Source of the DNA: the human T2T-CHM13v2.0 reference genome, Homo sapiens
Direction: 5' to 3' (one strand)
NCBI RefSeq assembly: GCF_009914755.1
Contig: NC_060925.1
DNA length: 64,000 bases
In this document: piece by piece, positions 1 through 13,154 of the stretch
Layout: every line of letters starts with the position of its first letter
Numbering within the stretch: the first letter of the stretch is position 1
Position numbers and translations under genes: made by a program
Notes under the pieces: generated by a model
Databases searched by the model: none
The model's input: only the letters and a program-made list of their open reading frames with translations
Told to the model about the DNA's origin: nothing

Positions 1-311
1 ACTCAGAAGGTACAGAAGACTTAGAAAGAAGGTGGATACCAAATTGCAAAAGAAGAGAGCTTACCCATGGACTTCCCTAGGGAAATGAACTCTCACTGGG
101 CTCTCGTTTGCTTATATTAGAACACAACCCATCAAGAGCCAGTTTGCTTCAACAGTATACATTTCACATTCTATTCACTCTAAGGGCTTTATAGCTAAAT
201 ATGATTGTGAAGACTCAGGACTTAATTTTTGAAGCTCAACTTATCCACTGCTTGCTTAATCCTAACAAACTTGGTAGAGGCTCTCTGAAAAACTTGGTCT
301 AAAAACCAATT

Positions 312-458
312 AGAAGACATGGTGACATGTGCCTGTACTCCCAACTACTCAGGAGATTGAGGCAGGAGGATAGCTTGAGCCTAGGAGTTTGTGTCCAGCC
401 TGGGCAATATGGCAAGACCCTATCTGTAATAAATAAATAAATAAAGTAAGTAAATAAA
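312..458 (+). mobile_element. Free Alu monomer (FLAM/FRAM-like)
   Basis: GCCTGTACTCCCAACTACTCAGGAG...CAGCCTGGGCAATATGGCAAGACCC followed by a (TAAA)n tail; single arm only. Confidence 0.85.
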
Positions 459-759
459 ACCAAGTATGAAACAATGACGTGGCATTCTCTAACCAGTTGC
501 ATTTGCCCACAGAAAATGGTATGGTGTCCTAAGAAAAGTCCTATTCACACTTGAATACTAAATTCATGCTTGAATACTAGATTTCCATTCCTATAACTTT
601 AGCCTCTTTGCCCTTCTTTGCTCCTTTGACAGCCTCTAAACTGTCTCCTGGAGTTAGTTTCATCCTCTTCTAATCCATTCTATAGGAAACCTCTTGACTG
701 CAAGTTTTATAGAAATGTGACATGCTCCCAGTCTCCTACCTAAAGAAAAGGCTTCCAGT

Positions 760-1540
760 AACAGAATGGACTAGGTTATGCTGTGGACATAAATGGTGGC
801 CAAATCTAGTGACTTATAAAAACAAAGATTTATTTCTCATTCACCCTCTCCATCAGTTTTGAGCCATGGAAGGGAGAGAGGAGTTGATGCCTTTTTAACT
901 TCTTACTCAGGAACCAAGACAAGCCATCACTATCTTGTGTGGCACCCAATGAGTGTGGTGGGGGAGGAAGCATAGCAAATAGCAAAATCCCACATGTATT
1001 AGTTTGTTTTCACATACTTTAAAGAACTGCCTGAGACTGCATAATTTATAAGGGAAAGAGGCTTAATTGACTCACAGTTCAGCATGGCTAGAGAGGCTGC
1101 AGGAAACTTACAATCATGGCAGAAGGCAAAGAGGAAGCAAGGCACCTTCTTCACAAGGCGGCAGGAAGGAGAAGTGCTGAGTGAAGAGGGAAGAGCCCCT
1201 TATATAATAAAACCATTAGATCTCATGAGAACTTACTACTACAAGAACAGCATGAGGAAAATGGCCTCCGTGATTCAGTTACCTCAACCTAGTCTCTCCC
1301 TTGACACACAGGGATTATGGGGATTACAATTCAAGATGAGATTAGGGTGGGGACGCAAAACCTAACCATATCACCACACTAGCTCTTAGTGGCTTTGGCT
1401 AAGAAGTACTTCTGCTTGCACTTTGCATGGCCAATCAAGCCACGTGGCCATGCCTGGTGGATGAGCAGGGAGGTGCAATCTGATCATGGGGCCAGGAGGA
1501 GAGACCTGAAAACATTGGTGAACAGTATGAATAACTACAT
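760..1540 (-). mobile_element. Old MaLR LTR (MLT1K/L-like), split by a THE1 LTR
   Basis: GGTTATGCTG...AACAAAGATTTATTTCTCATTCAC at the left end and AACATTGGTGAACAG..TAACTACA at the right end; resumes after 1378. Confidence 0.6.
995..1373 (-). mobile_element. THE1/MST-type MaLR solo LTR
   Basis: TGTATTAG...AACCATATCA termini, typical ACTTACAATCATGGCAGAAGGCAAAG core, perfect 5-bp TSD CCACA (990-994, 1374-1378). Confidence 0.93.
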
Positions 1541-2468
1541 AGGCTAATGTTCTGGTCACCAAATCATTTACCTTCTTTCTTATATAAAATACCCTCTCCC
1601 CTTAGCAAAGTTTCATTTAGGCATGACAGTAAGCTCAAAGTCCAAGATCTCTGGGTGATGTGGGATAGTCTCTATGTCAGATCTGGATCCAGAACTAGAA
1701 CATTCCAGCCCATTCTTTGTGCCAAGACCCACATCCACTGTTCATTTCAAGATAAAATCTTCCTATTTGCTCTGTTTCTCTGCTTTCTCACTGCCTCCCT
1801 TTATTCTCAACTTAATCTACTGCATCTTGAACCAATCAAGTGTTAGTGGGAGAATCACATTCTTATTTTCTTTTCCCTGAGATATTTGGCCCAATTGATA
1901 GGATTTGCTGGACCACATCTTGGCAGGATCTTTATTAGAGATTCCTTAATCCATTCAGAGGTTTTTAGCAAAGGAGATGATGGCTGTACCTTTCATTTGA
2001 CCCTTGCCCCAGATTGAGTTTTAATTGAGTTTTATTGCTCTATGACTTTATGGACTCTTACTTAGTGTTTGGAGTTGAGAAGCAGTTGCTTCTTCTAACC
2101 TTTCAAGTACTTGGATTCATGAGGCTCTGTATTTCTTTCCTTTTCTATTTGCAAACTGGCCAACTCTTTTCTGAATTTATCTCATACTTACAATGCCTTG
2201 CCAAATGCAGCCCACAGCAACCTGTGCACCCTAATTGCATTCTGTTTTCCAACCTGTTCGTCTAAATGTGTATGTTCATTAGGGATGTGATGTGCCTCCC
2301 ACTGTAACCACAGGTGACAATTTGCCAAATGTTTACTACTCTGTAACGTGGATCACTATCTCCCTAGTCCCTGACTACAGTTTCCTCTCTGGTCACTGCT
2401 GTTTGGTGAATTAGTGCCATATATTGTAGGCTTGGGTTATGGCAGCACCTAAATGAGGTCCCAATTTC
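1541..2468 (-). mobile_element. Probable MLT1 internal sequence
   Basis: Ends in TTATGGCAGCACC...GGTCCCAATTTC abutting an LTR, like the MaLR int/LTR junction; starts with CTGGTCACCAAAT. Confidence 0.45.
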
Positions 2469-2870
2469 AGTATTAGTGATTAGCTACTTGTGCTGCAGTA
2501 ATAAGTGTCCCTAGAATCTCAACGTCTTAAAACTGCAAATACTTATTTCCTGCTTGCACCACATGTCCGTTTCTGGTCAGCAGAAATCTCTGCCCCACAA
2601 AGTGCTTACTCAGGGAACCTTGCTCATGAAGCCTCCATCATCTGAAATGACTCCAGTATTCATGCAAGGGGAGGCAAGGTGGTAAATGTTACCTTGGCTT
2701 TCAAAGCCTTCTTTCTAGAGAGGGCCATGTGTCACTTCCAATCACATTTCTTCAATCAAAATAAGACATAATGGCCTTATATGGCTTCAAGGGTGTTATG
2801 GAGTGCCATTCTACCAAGTTTCTGCAAAGGGGGGGAAGTACTTGAAACATTTATCTCAACTCGCACTACT
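2469..2870 (-). mobile_element. Old MaLR LTR (MLT1K/L-like)
   Basis: TATTAG..TGTGCTGCAGTAATAA..CTTATTTCCTGCT..TACTCAGGGAACC..GTCACTTCCAATCACATTTC motifs. Confidence 0.6.
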
Positions 2871-3624
2871 GTTATTACTCCCTAATCTACTCTTATGGCC
2901 TTCATGTTTTAAAAGATTTTTACCAGCAAAACCACATTTATTATGTAATAATTTGTCCACTGAAAATATCCTAAGACTTACGGCTGCAAATATAGATGTT
3001 CTTTAAATAATTTGATATCAAATATCAAAACTAGGTAACCTTATGGAAAATTAATGTACAATTTCCATTAGGCCACAGAAAGTTATGAAAATAGCACAGG
3101 AACCACCATAATTACTTTTGTGACCCTAAAAATACAGATGCCATAGTAAGGCAGCCATTATTCGGTCTTTATCAAGTAACTTCTATGTACAGAATTTTCT
3201 TAGAAGACGGAGATTAGCTGAAAGCGGGGGAACGAGGACTTGCAAAGCCATCTTAATGTGCTTTATAATTTTGGTGGCGCAATTTATGACCCCCACTACC
3301 TCCACTAGCTCACATGGACATGTTGTGTGTGTTTGTGCTCTCCCTCTCTCTCTCTCTTTTTCACCTCGGATATTCTTGCATGGAGATTAAAGACAACAGC
3401 CACCATCACTCTGAGCATTAAAGCCAGATGGACTCCACTGAAGCAGAGTAGAGTTGCAGTCATCTAAATTATTTTGTATTTGATGCTAACTTGAAAATGC
3501 TGCCACCTGACTACAGTGTGTCTGCTTCCCTACATTTCCGGATTAGCTTTATTCCATGTTTAGACTATTTCTGAGAAAATACCAAAGATCAGTCACTCAA
3601 ATAGTGTTCATCTGACATGACCTC

Positions 3625-3978
3625 TGAGCATCACTGGACACAGCTGATCTATAAGACACCATAAAGCATACCAACATGTGCATGGTAGAAATTACAGAAA
3701 AGTAGGAGAGAGAGAAAAAACAGGCAAAAGAATATTCAAAAAAATGGTCAAAAGTTTCCATATTTGGTAAAATATACAAATCTACATATTTAAGAAACTC
3801 AAGGAACTTCTTAATATCAATACCACAGGAGGATTTCAATAAAAGATCTAAGTAGGTAGAAGAAAGAACTCAGCAAACTTGACGTGGGTCTCCCATTTGA
3901 GAATCCAAGAGAAATAACAATAAGGAAAAATGAGCAAAGCCTAAAAATTATTATAAAACACCATCAAGCATACCAACT
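3625..3978 (+). mobile_element. Old L1M ORF1-region fragments
   Basis: A-rich, with CACCATCAAGCATACCAAC and GGCAAAAGAATATTCAAAAAAATGG L1 ORF1-like motifs. Confidence 0.6.
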
Positions 3979-3984
3979 TTTGAA

Positions 3985-5270
3985 ACACTTTCATCACGTG
4001 GCTTGAGACAACCCTGTGTCTTAAGTCTCCTCCAACTACCCCATCTACTTCTTCTCCATATCCTTTGCCGATTTCTCCGAATCCCCCTCTCCTCTTAGTG
4101 GCGGGATCCCTGGGATTCCAATCCAGAGGACTCTTGGCAATCTACACCCACTCCACAGGTGAATGCACCTGTCTGTCCTGGCTTGAGAAATCATCTCCAC
4201 ATTGAGAACTCCTGTAGCTCTGTCTGAAGCCCAGACTTCTGCTGTGAACTCCAGATTCCATCAAACTGCTTAATTGACATCTCCCCTTGAGTGTCTCATG
4301 GTCATCTCAAACTTAACAAAGTCAAAACTGAAATTCTAGTTTCATCTCTCATGTCTGCCCCCTACCCCCGCCCCACCGCCGAGTTCCCACCACCAACACA
4401 TCTAAGGAAAAGAGAACTCTATGCTTCTCATAACTCAGGCTATATACCAAAAAGCCATCCTTGTTGTGTCTGTTCCTTTCCCATACCACATGTAACCCAT
4501 CTGGAAATTTTATTAGCTCTATCCTCTTCAAAATATTATTATATCCAGAATCCAAACTCCTCACCACCTTTGCCTCCACAACCTGATCAAGCCACCATCT
4601 CTCACTTGGGTGATTGCACTGGGTTGCCCCCATCCTTGCCGTTGACTCTCCATTCTAACAACACAGTAGCCAGGATGGCCCTTTGAAAGTGAACTTGGAT
4701 CAAGTTGTGCCTCTGCTCAAAGCCCTCCAATGGTTCCCCATCCTACTCAAAATAAAATTCCAAATCCCTCCCGTCTCACACAACTCTGCATCCTCATGCT
4801 CCCCTGGTACCTCTCTCACCTCTCTCTCCTCTTTCCACTCCCTGCATCCTTCCCTGTGCTTGGGTCACCCTGGACCCCTGAATGTCCCTTAATCTTGGTA
4901 ATCACTCTGCCACCTCAGGACTTTGCACTTAACATTCCAATTTCTGCACAGCTCCCTTCTTCGCTTCTTTTAGGAGTCTGTTCATCCATAAGCTTGTGAC
5001 CTTCTCCGTGATTTTTCTGATGATCCCACATACAATAGTAATCACCTCTTCCCCCATGTTGCCTGTCTCCCTCCCCCATCCTGCTTTATAGCCTCTGGTG
5101 CACTCATAGTACATAGTTATTGTTGATTTGTTTGTCATGGATCTCCTCCTATCCAACATCAGCTCTATGAGAACAAGCTCTTTGCCTGTTTGATTCAATA
5201 TCCCCAGTTCCTAGAACAGTACCTGGAACAGTTAGCACTTTGTAAACACTTATGCAACGACTGGAGGAAT
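3985..5270 (+). mobile_element. L2 LINE 3' portion
   Basis: GACATCTCCCCTTGAGTGTCTCATGGTCATCTCAAACTTAACA, CCTCTGCTCAAAGCCCTCCAATGGTTCCCCA, and CCTAGAACAGTACCTGG at the 3' end. Confidence 0.85.
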
Positions 5271-6588
5271 GTGTCGGCTCAAGTTAACAAGTGTGCCTCA
5301 AGGAATTACTTATTTAAAAAGATAAAATATTAATGTTCTCAAGGGTTGATTTTCTTTTTATAAGTTAGAGTAGCTTTAAGGTTATACATAATACAATGTC
5401 ACCGTCACTGACTTGTATTTCAATGTGTTCTCTCCAATAGTGGAGAAAGGGGGAATTATAGCCAGCAGGTTGGAAACCTCTGACCACACACCTCCTGAGC
5501 CCCAGCCACCACAGATCCTGCTTATTAGTCCCCCCACACGCTGTCCCTTCCCATCTTTTCTGAAGCCCCTACCTGGAATGCCGAACCCACCTCATTTGCT
5601 ATGGCGAATTCCCTCTCATCCCCCTAGCGGGCCTCAGTCTCTCCCTCGTCTGTTCTCCCTTGGAGCTAAGCTCTGTCTCTGCCCTCCTATTAGACTAATA
5701 ATGTGTGAGCTTGCCTTTCTCAATGCCTAGAGTCTAATTATTTAAGAGCTGTATTTTATTCATGCTTTATTCTCCAAAGCCCCTTGAACACAAGTGCCCA
5801 TCAATAAAGATTTGGTGAATTAAAAACCTGGAAAGTTGTGGTAGACTGACTCTCCTCATCTTTGCTATTGATGACCCTTTGCTGAAGCCACTGTTTACTC
5901 AAAGAGAATGGGCTATCATCAGCCCCACGGTGTTCTTTGTACAAACACTAATCACGCATTCTCCATACTAAATTCACAGGTGGCTGAGGGAAAGGATCCC
6001 CTTTCACAGACCATGGAAAAATAATTCTGCCTACATGAGAATGCTTAAAGAAGGGGAAATTAAATAAGATGGTCTTGCTAAGCTATCTGGAAGTGAATCT
6101 TTCATAATAAAATTACATTAGCATCAGAGATTCTAATATCTAAGCCTATGGATCACTTGTTTTTTTCTTATGAATATTGTATGTTTAATGAACAAAAATG
6201 TCTGTGGCTCATGTAATGGAAATAACATTTGATACTTTTCACCCACTATAGACCAGGCGGAAAATAATTAACCTATTTCCTCCCCAATGGAGTAATAATT
6301 TAAGCCTCCAGCAAAGGCCATACTGCCCCTAATCTCTTCCAGTTCTTTTCTGTCCTTATCAGAATGTTCCTTCTCCTACCAATCTCAGTTTCTTTAGCTA
6401 CAATAGATAAAAGTGATATGTATGTGTGAATTTAAGAAGAGATATATTGCTTTATTTACTATGCTTTTCCATTTTCCTCTGCATAGCTTCTCTATTCTCA
6501 ATTCCCCTCCCCTTCCAAAACCTCCCTTACTTTGTGAAGTCTCTCGCATATGTGTGTTGTACGCATGCATTCTTAAGAAACTCTAAGA

Positions 6589-6985
<397 letters not shown>

Positions 6986-7134
6986 TTATCAAGATATTCC
7001 TGTATGACTGTACCTCCTTAGATAGTACATTGTGCAAAATATGTTGGGAGGGTGACATGTCTAACAGAAGCATTAGCAAAATAATGACTCAGAGGGAAAT
7101 AGGTGTTCAGGATGTAAAAGGACATAGAACTCAT

Positions 7135-7625
7135 ATTCAGTTCTTTTATGGATACAAGAAAAGACACAACTCAAACTACCTTAACCAAAGACAAATTTTA
7201 ATGATTCAGGTGAACAAACAATTTAAGTGTATTACCAGTTTCAGATGGAGTTAGATCCAGGTGCTGGAACAATGTTGTCAGAAATCTCTCTCTCCCATTC
7301 TCTCTGCTCTGCTGTCTCCTTCATTGGCATCAATTTTAGGGATGTTCTTCCCACAAGAAAATGAGATGGCCACTAACAACACTGAGCTTGTAACCTACTA
7401 GATTAGCGGCTCCAGCAGAAGGAGGTCATCCAGGAAAATGTTCTGTTGGCTTAGCTTGGGGGATGTTTGCATCACTGTGACTAGAGAAAGGGGCTGAGGT
7501 CAGCACCACCTACACCACATAAACAGAGAGTGTGGGCAGAGATAGTCCCCAAAACTAAATTCAGAGTGCTCTAAGCAGAAGAGGGAATGAATGTTATCAG
7601 ACAACAATGAGAAATATCCACTATA
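7135..7625 (-). mobile_element. Old MaLR LTR (MLT1J/K-like)
   Basis: CAACTCAAACTACCTTAAC...AGATGGCCACTAACAAC...CTGTTGGCTTAGCTTGGG motifs. Confidence 0.5.
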
Positions 7626-9169
7626 CCGCTTCATAGGAAGAAACATTGAATACATTGGAGAAGACTTGGCAGGGACATGATTGGCAGATCTAAAATGTGG
7701 GTGTGCAATTGGATGATCTGGGAAGAGCACAGCAGAACTGGGATCAGTGGGTGGGCCAGGTCTGCCCACTCCAAAGACCATGTTGGTTCCTCTACACCTT
7801 GCCAAGCTACACAACTAGACAGCAAAAACAATAACCAGACAGACCTCAGGTTGAAGCCCAACCCTGCCTCTCAGTCACTCAGCCCACTTATTTAACTTTC
7901 TTGGATGTCAGCTTCTCCATAAGTCAAAGGATCATTGGAAGGAAAAAGATAAGCCCGAGCTGAGGTTACAGCCAGCTCAGTGCAAAGCACTGGGATTCAT
8001 TGCTCAGTAAGTGTTGGTCCCCCTACCTGTTTTCTTCACTTCTAGCATGTTTTACAATTTTGTTTTGGGATCGTCTTCTAGGATGGAAGAGTCTAATTTC
8101 ATAAAACATGCAATAAATAATTCCTAACACTTTCTAAAGCTTTTGAATCACATGCATTAATGAGGATAGGGTATTGCCAATTCAGAACACCTGGAAGCTG
8201 CTCAGGGCACACTCAAGCTCCTGACAGCTGTGTGGGTTCTCTCTGAATCTGTTAGAGTAGCACTTCTGCAGTATGGAAGCAAAGGAAACTCCACAGTAAG
8301 TGGAAAGATGGGCACTGGGAGGCAAAGGGAACCCAACTGCAGAACTGGACATTTTGTTGGGGTTTTTTTGCCTGTTCTTATTAAACACATACAAAATTAA
8401 TCCATCTTACTGTGGAAGAGGAGTATCTGCAGTCAAATATAACCACCAAATAAGCTACTGCCCATTTCTCCCAATGCTCTTATCTCTTTCCTTTCTTCAC
8501 ATTAGGATTCCCCAACCTACTATTGGCTGATCAGAAAAGTGAGGCTCCCACAATTCCATCTGTGCCAGTGGGGAGAATCCTAGCTGTGCCAGTGAGGAGA
8601 AGAAGCATTTTACTGAAATTGCTCCTCCCAGCCAGACCACACTCTCTCCCATTAATCCCTTGGAAATTTCACTGCAGGTCTCAGAAGAAAAATGAAGACC
8701 ACTTATTTGACCTGTACTGATGTGCAATAACACCAATTCACTTGAAAAGCCAGATTTGCCATCAGGGACTGGGTCTCTCTGCTTTGCACTTTTCAACTTG
8801 AAAAGTTGCCATCAGGGACTGTGTCTCTCTGCTTTGCAACAACATAAATACATGTATGTGGTCATCACGGACTTTCAGAAGATCCCAAGCAACTGGAAAA
8901 AAAAAATTCTAAGCATGAATGCGTGGGGGGTTGGTTATATAGATTATGCTACACACATACATAGGAACACTATGGAACCATTGCAAAGAATAAAACAAAA
9001 CTATATGTGTAAATCTGGAAAGACTCCCGGGATATATCACTACCTGACAAGTTCAACCTATGGAAGAGTAATACTTTATTTAGGGTATATATAGTTTCAT
9101 AAAGAAAAGTGCATGGACATATATTGATACATTGGTGTGTGTACACAAAGGAATAGTACAATCCCCTGT

Positions 9170-9560
9170 TAGCTGGGTCTGTGGCTTCCTTGAATAAAGA
9201 CTACAATTCCCAGACTCCCTTGCAGCTAAGATTTGCCCAATGGTGTGAGCATAAGAGATAGGTACAACTTCTCAGCCTTGTTTTTAAATGGAATAGGAAA
9301 GTCCTGGTGGCCCCTTTTACCTCTGCTGTGGAAGTGGTGGTTTTGGGCTCTGGCCTAGCATGCAAAGAAAAGAGACTGTACTCGGAAACAGTGAGATAGA
9401 AGGGGCTTGAATCTCCAAGTGAGAGGCATCCATGACTGCATGGATAGCCCACCCCTAGGCTGTGATATGGGACGGAAATCAGCTCCCGTCTTATATATGC
9501 ACCCGCATTGTGGAAATCTCTTTGTTAGAGCAGTGGGCTCTATCCTCATATGAGCAGGAT
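9170..9560 (+). mobile_element. Old MaLR LTR (MLT1-type)
   Basis: GACTACAATTCCCAGACTCCCTTGCAGCTAAG...TCTTTGTTAGAGCAG. Confidence 0.55.
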
Positions 9561-9829
9561 AGTCTCCAAACAATTGACAGTAGTTTCTGAGATATTGACA
9601 GTGGTTTCCAAGGTATGGCATTGGAAGTGAGAAGAGAGGGATTCTTACTAATTTTACTTTTATACCTTACTGCTGCTATTTGTAAATGTTGCAATAATGT
9701 TTTACTTGTTAATTTTCTTGGACCTCAGGTGTCAAAATTGGGTTAATTATAAGCTGTGGTTTGTAATACACATTTATCATTGGTCTATAAAGGGGCCTCT
9801 TTTATTTAGTTAATTCATTTTTGTTCTCT

Positions 9830-10560
9830 TCTTAAAAAGATACTAAGCACCGTCTATCACCCGAACAACAAAAACTAGAACCTTCATCTAACCATATGCT
9901 GCTATCCACCCCATCCCATCCCCTGCTTCCCCCTACCAGGAATAAATAACCATTTTCCCAATTTCCATCATTTCCTTGCTTTTCTTCTTCTATATATTTT
10001 ATTGCATTTGTATGCACGCTTTAAATGCCTATTTTTAAATGTTAGCTGGCTTTATACTTATAAAAAGAATATCATGCTATATATAAAATTTTGACAATTT
10101 TTATACTTAATATTATATTTCTAAGATACATCTGCATGATTTGCAAGTTGCTATAGTTCTGGAGTTGACAGAGTTTCTGTAAAGGGCCAGAAAGGAAAAA
10201 TTTTAGGCTCTGCAGGCCACATATAGTCTCCATCACATTCTTCTTTTTTTATTTTATAACCTTTAAAGAAATGTAAAAGCCATTGTTAGCCTGCAGACCC
10301 CACAGAAATAGGGCCAGGCAGTTTCCCGACCCTGGCTCTGGTTCATCAGTTTTGATTGCTGTATAATGTTAGCTAGACCATGCTTTATTAATCCATTCTT
10401 CCATCAGTGATGCTTGGTCCATTTTTAAGCTTTTGCTGTTGGGCAGAGTGTATTCTCAGTATCTTCTGGTATACATGAGCCAAAGTATCTTTGGGAAGTT
10501 CTCCAGGAGGTGTGGAATTGCTGAGTCACGGGAGATGGAATGTCCACCTTTGGGGATAAT
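9830..10560 (-). mobile_element. Old L1ME 3' fragment with a MER58-like insertion (~10160-10335)
   Basis: TTATTAATCCATTCTTCC..GGAATTGCTGAGTCA; internal TTTCTGTAAAGGGCCAGA..TTTTAGGCTCTGCAGGCCAC..CCGACCCTG. Confidence 0.65.
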
Positions 10561-10814
10561 GCTGAAGACTGAAGGCAGCATTTCAGAGACAGGAATGCCA
10601 AGCGCACGATGGCCTCAGAGGCTCTGATGTTTGACATTTGCTGCCTCTGAAGACTTCCCTGACTGTGCTCCACATGGTTCTTTTGCTACTCACCATTCTC
10701 ATCTAGCTCTTTTATGGAGTTGTTTTATTTTTTTGTGCTCTCATGCCCCAGCCTGGACATAATTCCTTCCCAGTTATGTTCAGTAGTAGCACCTTAATTG
10801 CACCTCCTATGGAA

Positions 10815-11020
10815 CAATCAGCATGAATATGAGCTCCTGCACTAGACTTGGACTCCAACATCTGGGATCTGCCAGTTTCTATCTGTTTGGCCTTGGGCAA
10901 GTCACTTAACAGCTTTGAATTTGAGTTTTTACACCTGAAGGAGCTGTGAGAATTCCTGTGCCTTTGTTCATCACGTGGCTGCAAAGAACAGGAAGTCACT
11001 CTTAGGTGCTCAGCAAAACT
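10815..11020 (+). mobile_element. MIR
   Basis: GGCCTTGGGCAAGTCACTTAAC core. Confidence 0.65.
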
Positions 11021-11033
11021 GAAATTAAAAGGT

Positions 11034-11550
11034 TTCTTTTTTTGTTGTTTTTTCTTTTTAAGTTCTGGGGTACATGTGCAGGATGTGCAGGTTTGTTACA
11101 TAGGTAAACGTGTGCCATGGCGGTTTGCTGCAGCTATCAACCCATCACCTAAGTATTAAGCCCAGCATGCATTAGCTATTTTTCCTTATGCTCTCCCTAC
11201 CCCCATCCCACTCCCTGACAGGCCCTGGTGTGTGATGTTCCCCTCCCTGTGTCCATGTGTTCTCATTGTTCAGCTCCCACTTATAAGTGAGAACATACAG
11301 TGTTTGGTTTTCTGTTCCTGCATTAGTTTGCTGAGGAAAATGGCTTCCAGCTTCATCCATGTCCCTGCAAGGGACATGATCTCATTCCTTTTTATAGCTG
11401 CACAGTATTCCATGGTGTATATGTACCACATTTTCTCCATCCAGACTATCATTGATGGGCATTCGGGTTGATTCCATGTCTTTGCTATTGTGAATAGTGC
11501 TGCAGTGAACATGCATATACATGTATCTTTGTAACAGAATGATTTATATT
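11034..11550 (-). mobile_element. 5'-truncated L1PA (3'UTR plus ORF2 C-terminus)
   Basis: Poly-T, GGTACATGTGCAGGATGTGCAGGTTTGTTAC; ORF 11270-11608 contains [19 protein letters not shown]. Confidence 0.92.
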
Positions 11551-12107
11551 CAAAAGGAAGTTTAAATAAGAACTGGAAAAATGACAGCTGCTCCAGCATG
11601 ATGGACAAGGTCCTTCAGGGCCCTGGTGCAAGACTCTGTGCCACTCTACTTCTCATTCATCATCAAGCAACTATTGAGCACCTACTATTTGCCACACTAT
11701 TCTAGGTGCTTGGAATGTGGCAGGGAATTAAACAGAGATCCCTGCCCTGAAGGGGCTGATATTCTAGTGTGGAGAGAGAAACCAAAATCAATGAACATAA
11801 TAAATGGGGAAAATAAAAGATTCGTGGTAATGAGTGCTTGGACAAGAGAAACAGCATGGACATGGATTAGGGATGCTGACAGGGGCTGGTGGGGGGTGTC
11901 GCTTGTTAAATAAGGTGGGTGGAGAGGGCTTCAGTGAGGTGGTGGGATTTGAACAGAGATTTGAAGAGGTGAGAGAATGAGGTGTGGGTGTCTGGGGGAA
12001 GTTTTCCAGCAATGAGCAAAGTGGTCAAAGGCCACAGAAATGTGGCTGCCCCTGGACACCTCCTGGAGCCCCGTGAGTATGGGAGAGGGAAGGACTGAGG
12101 CCATCAC

Positions 12108-12792
<685 letters not shown>

Positions 12793-12829
12793 GCAGGATT
12801 AGGAGCAGAAGAGCCATGTGATGAGGTTG

Positions 12830-12985
12830 CAACCAGCTGAAGGCTGGGCTGGGGCTGGGGCTGGGGAATCTGCTTTTGAGTTCACTCAGGTGACTGTTGG
12901 CAGAAGGTAGAGTTCCCTGTCACATGGACCCTTTTGTGGGTTTACACATGACATGGCAGCTGACTTTCCCCAGAGAGAGACAGAA
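12830..12985 (-). mobile_element. MLT1F-like LTR fragment with a (GGGGCT)n expansion
   Basis: CTGAAGGCT..GGGGCTGG..CTGTTGGCAG..ACATGGCAGCTGACTTTCCCCAGAG. Confidence 0.6.
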
Positions 12986-13154
12986 GCAGAGAGACAGACA
13001 GACACAGGACAAACGCAGAGGCAGACAGAGACACAGACAGATGCAGAGAGAGAGACAAAAATCCACAAACTCAGAGAGAAATAGAGAGGAAGACACAGAA
13101 ATAGACACAGAGACAGAGAGTGAGAGAGTGACACAGATAGATATAGGCAGACAC
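12972..13154. repeat. (CAGAGA)n-like GA-rich low complexity
   Basis: Degenerate GAGACA/CAGA repeats. Confidence 0.85.

Noticed and set aside
550-579. Short direct repeats (CTTGAATACTA x2; also ~2013-2034 and ~54486-54511)
   Set aside because: Ordinary slippage micro-duplications.
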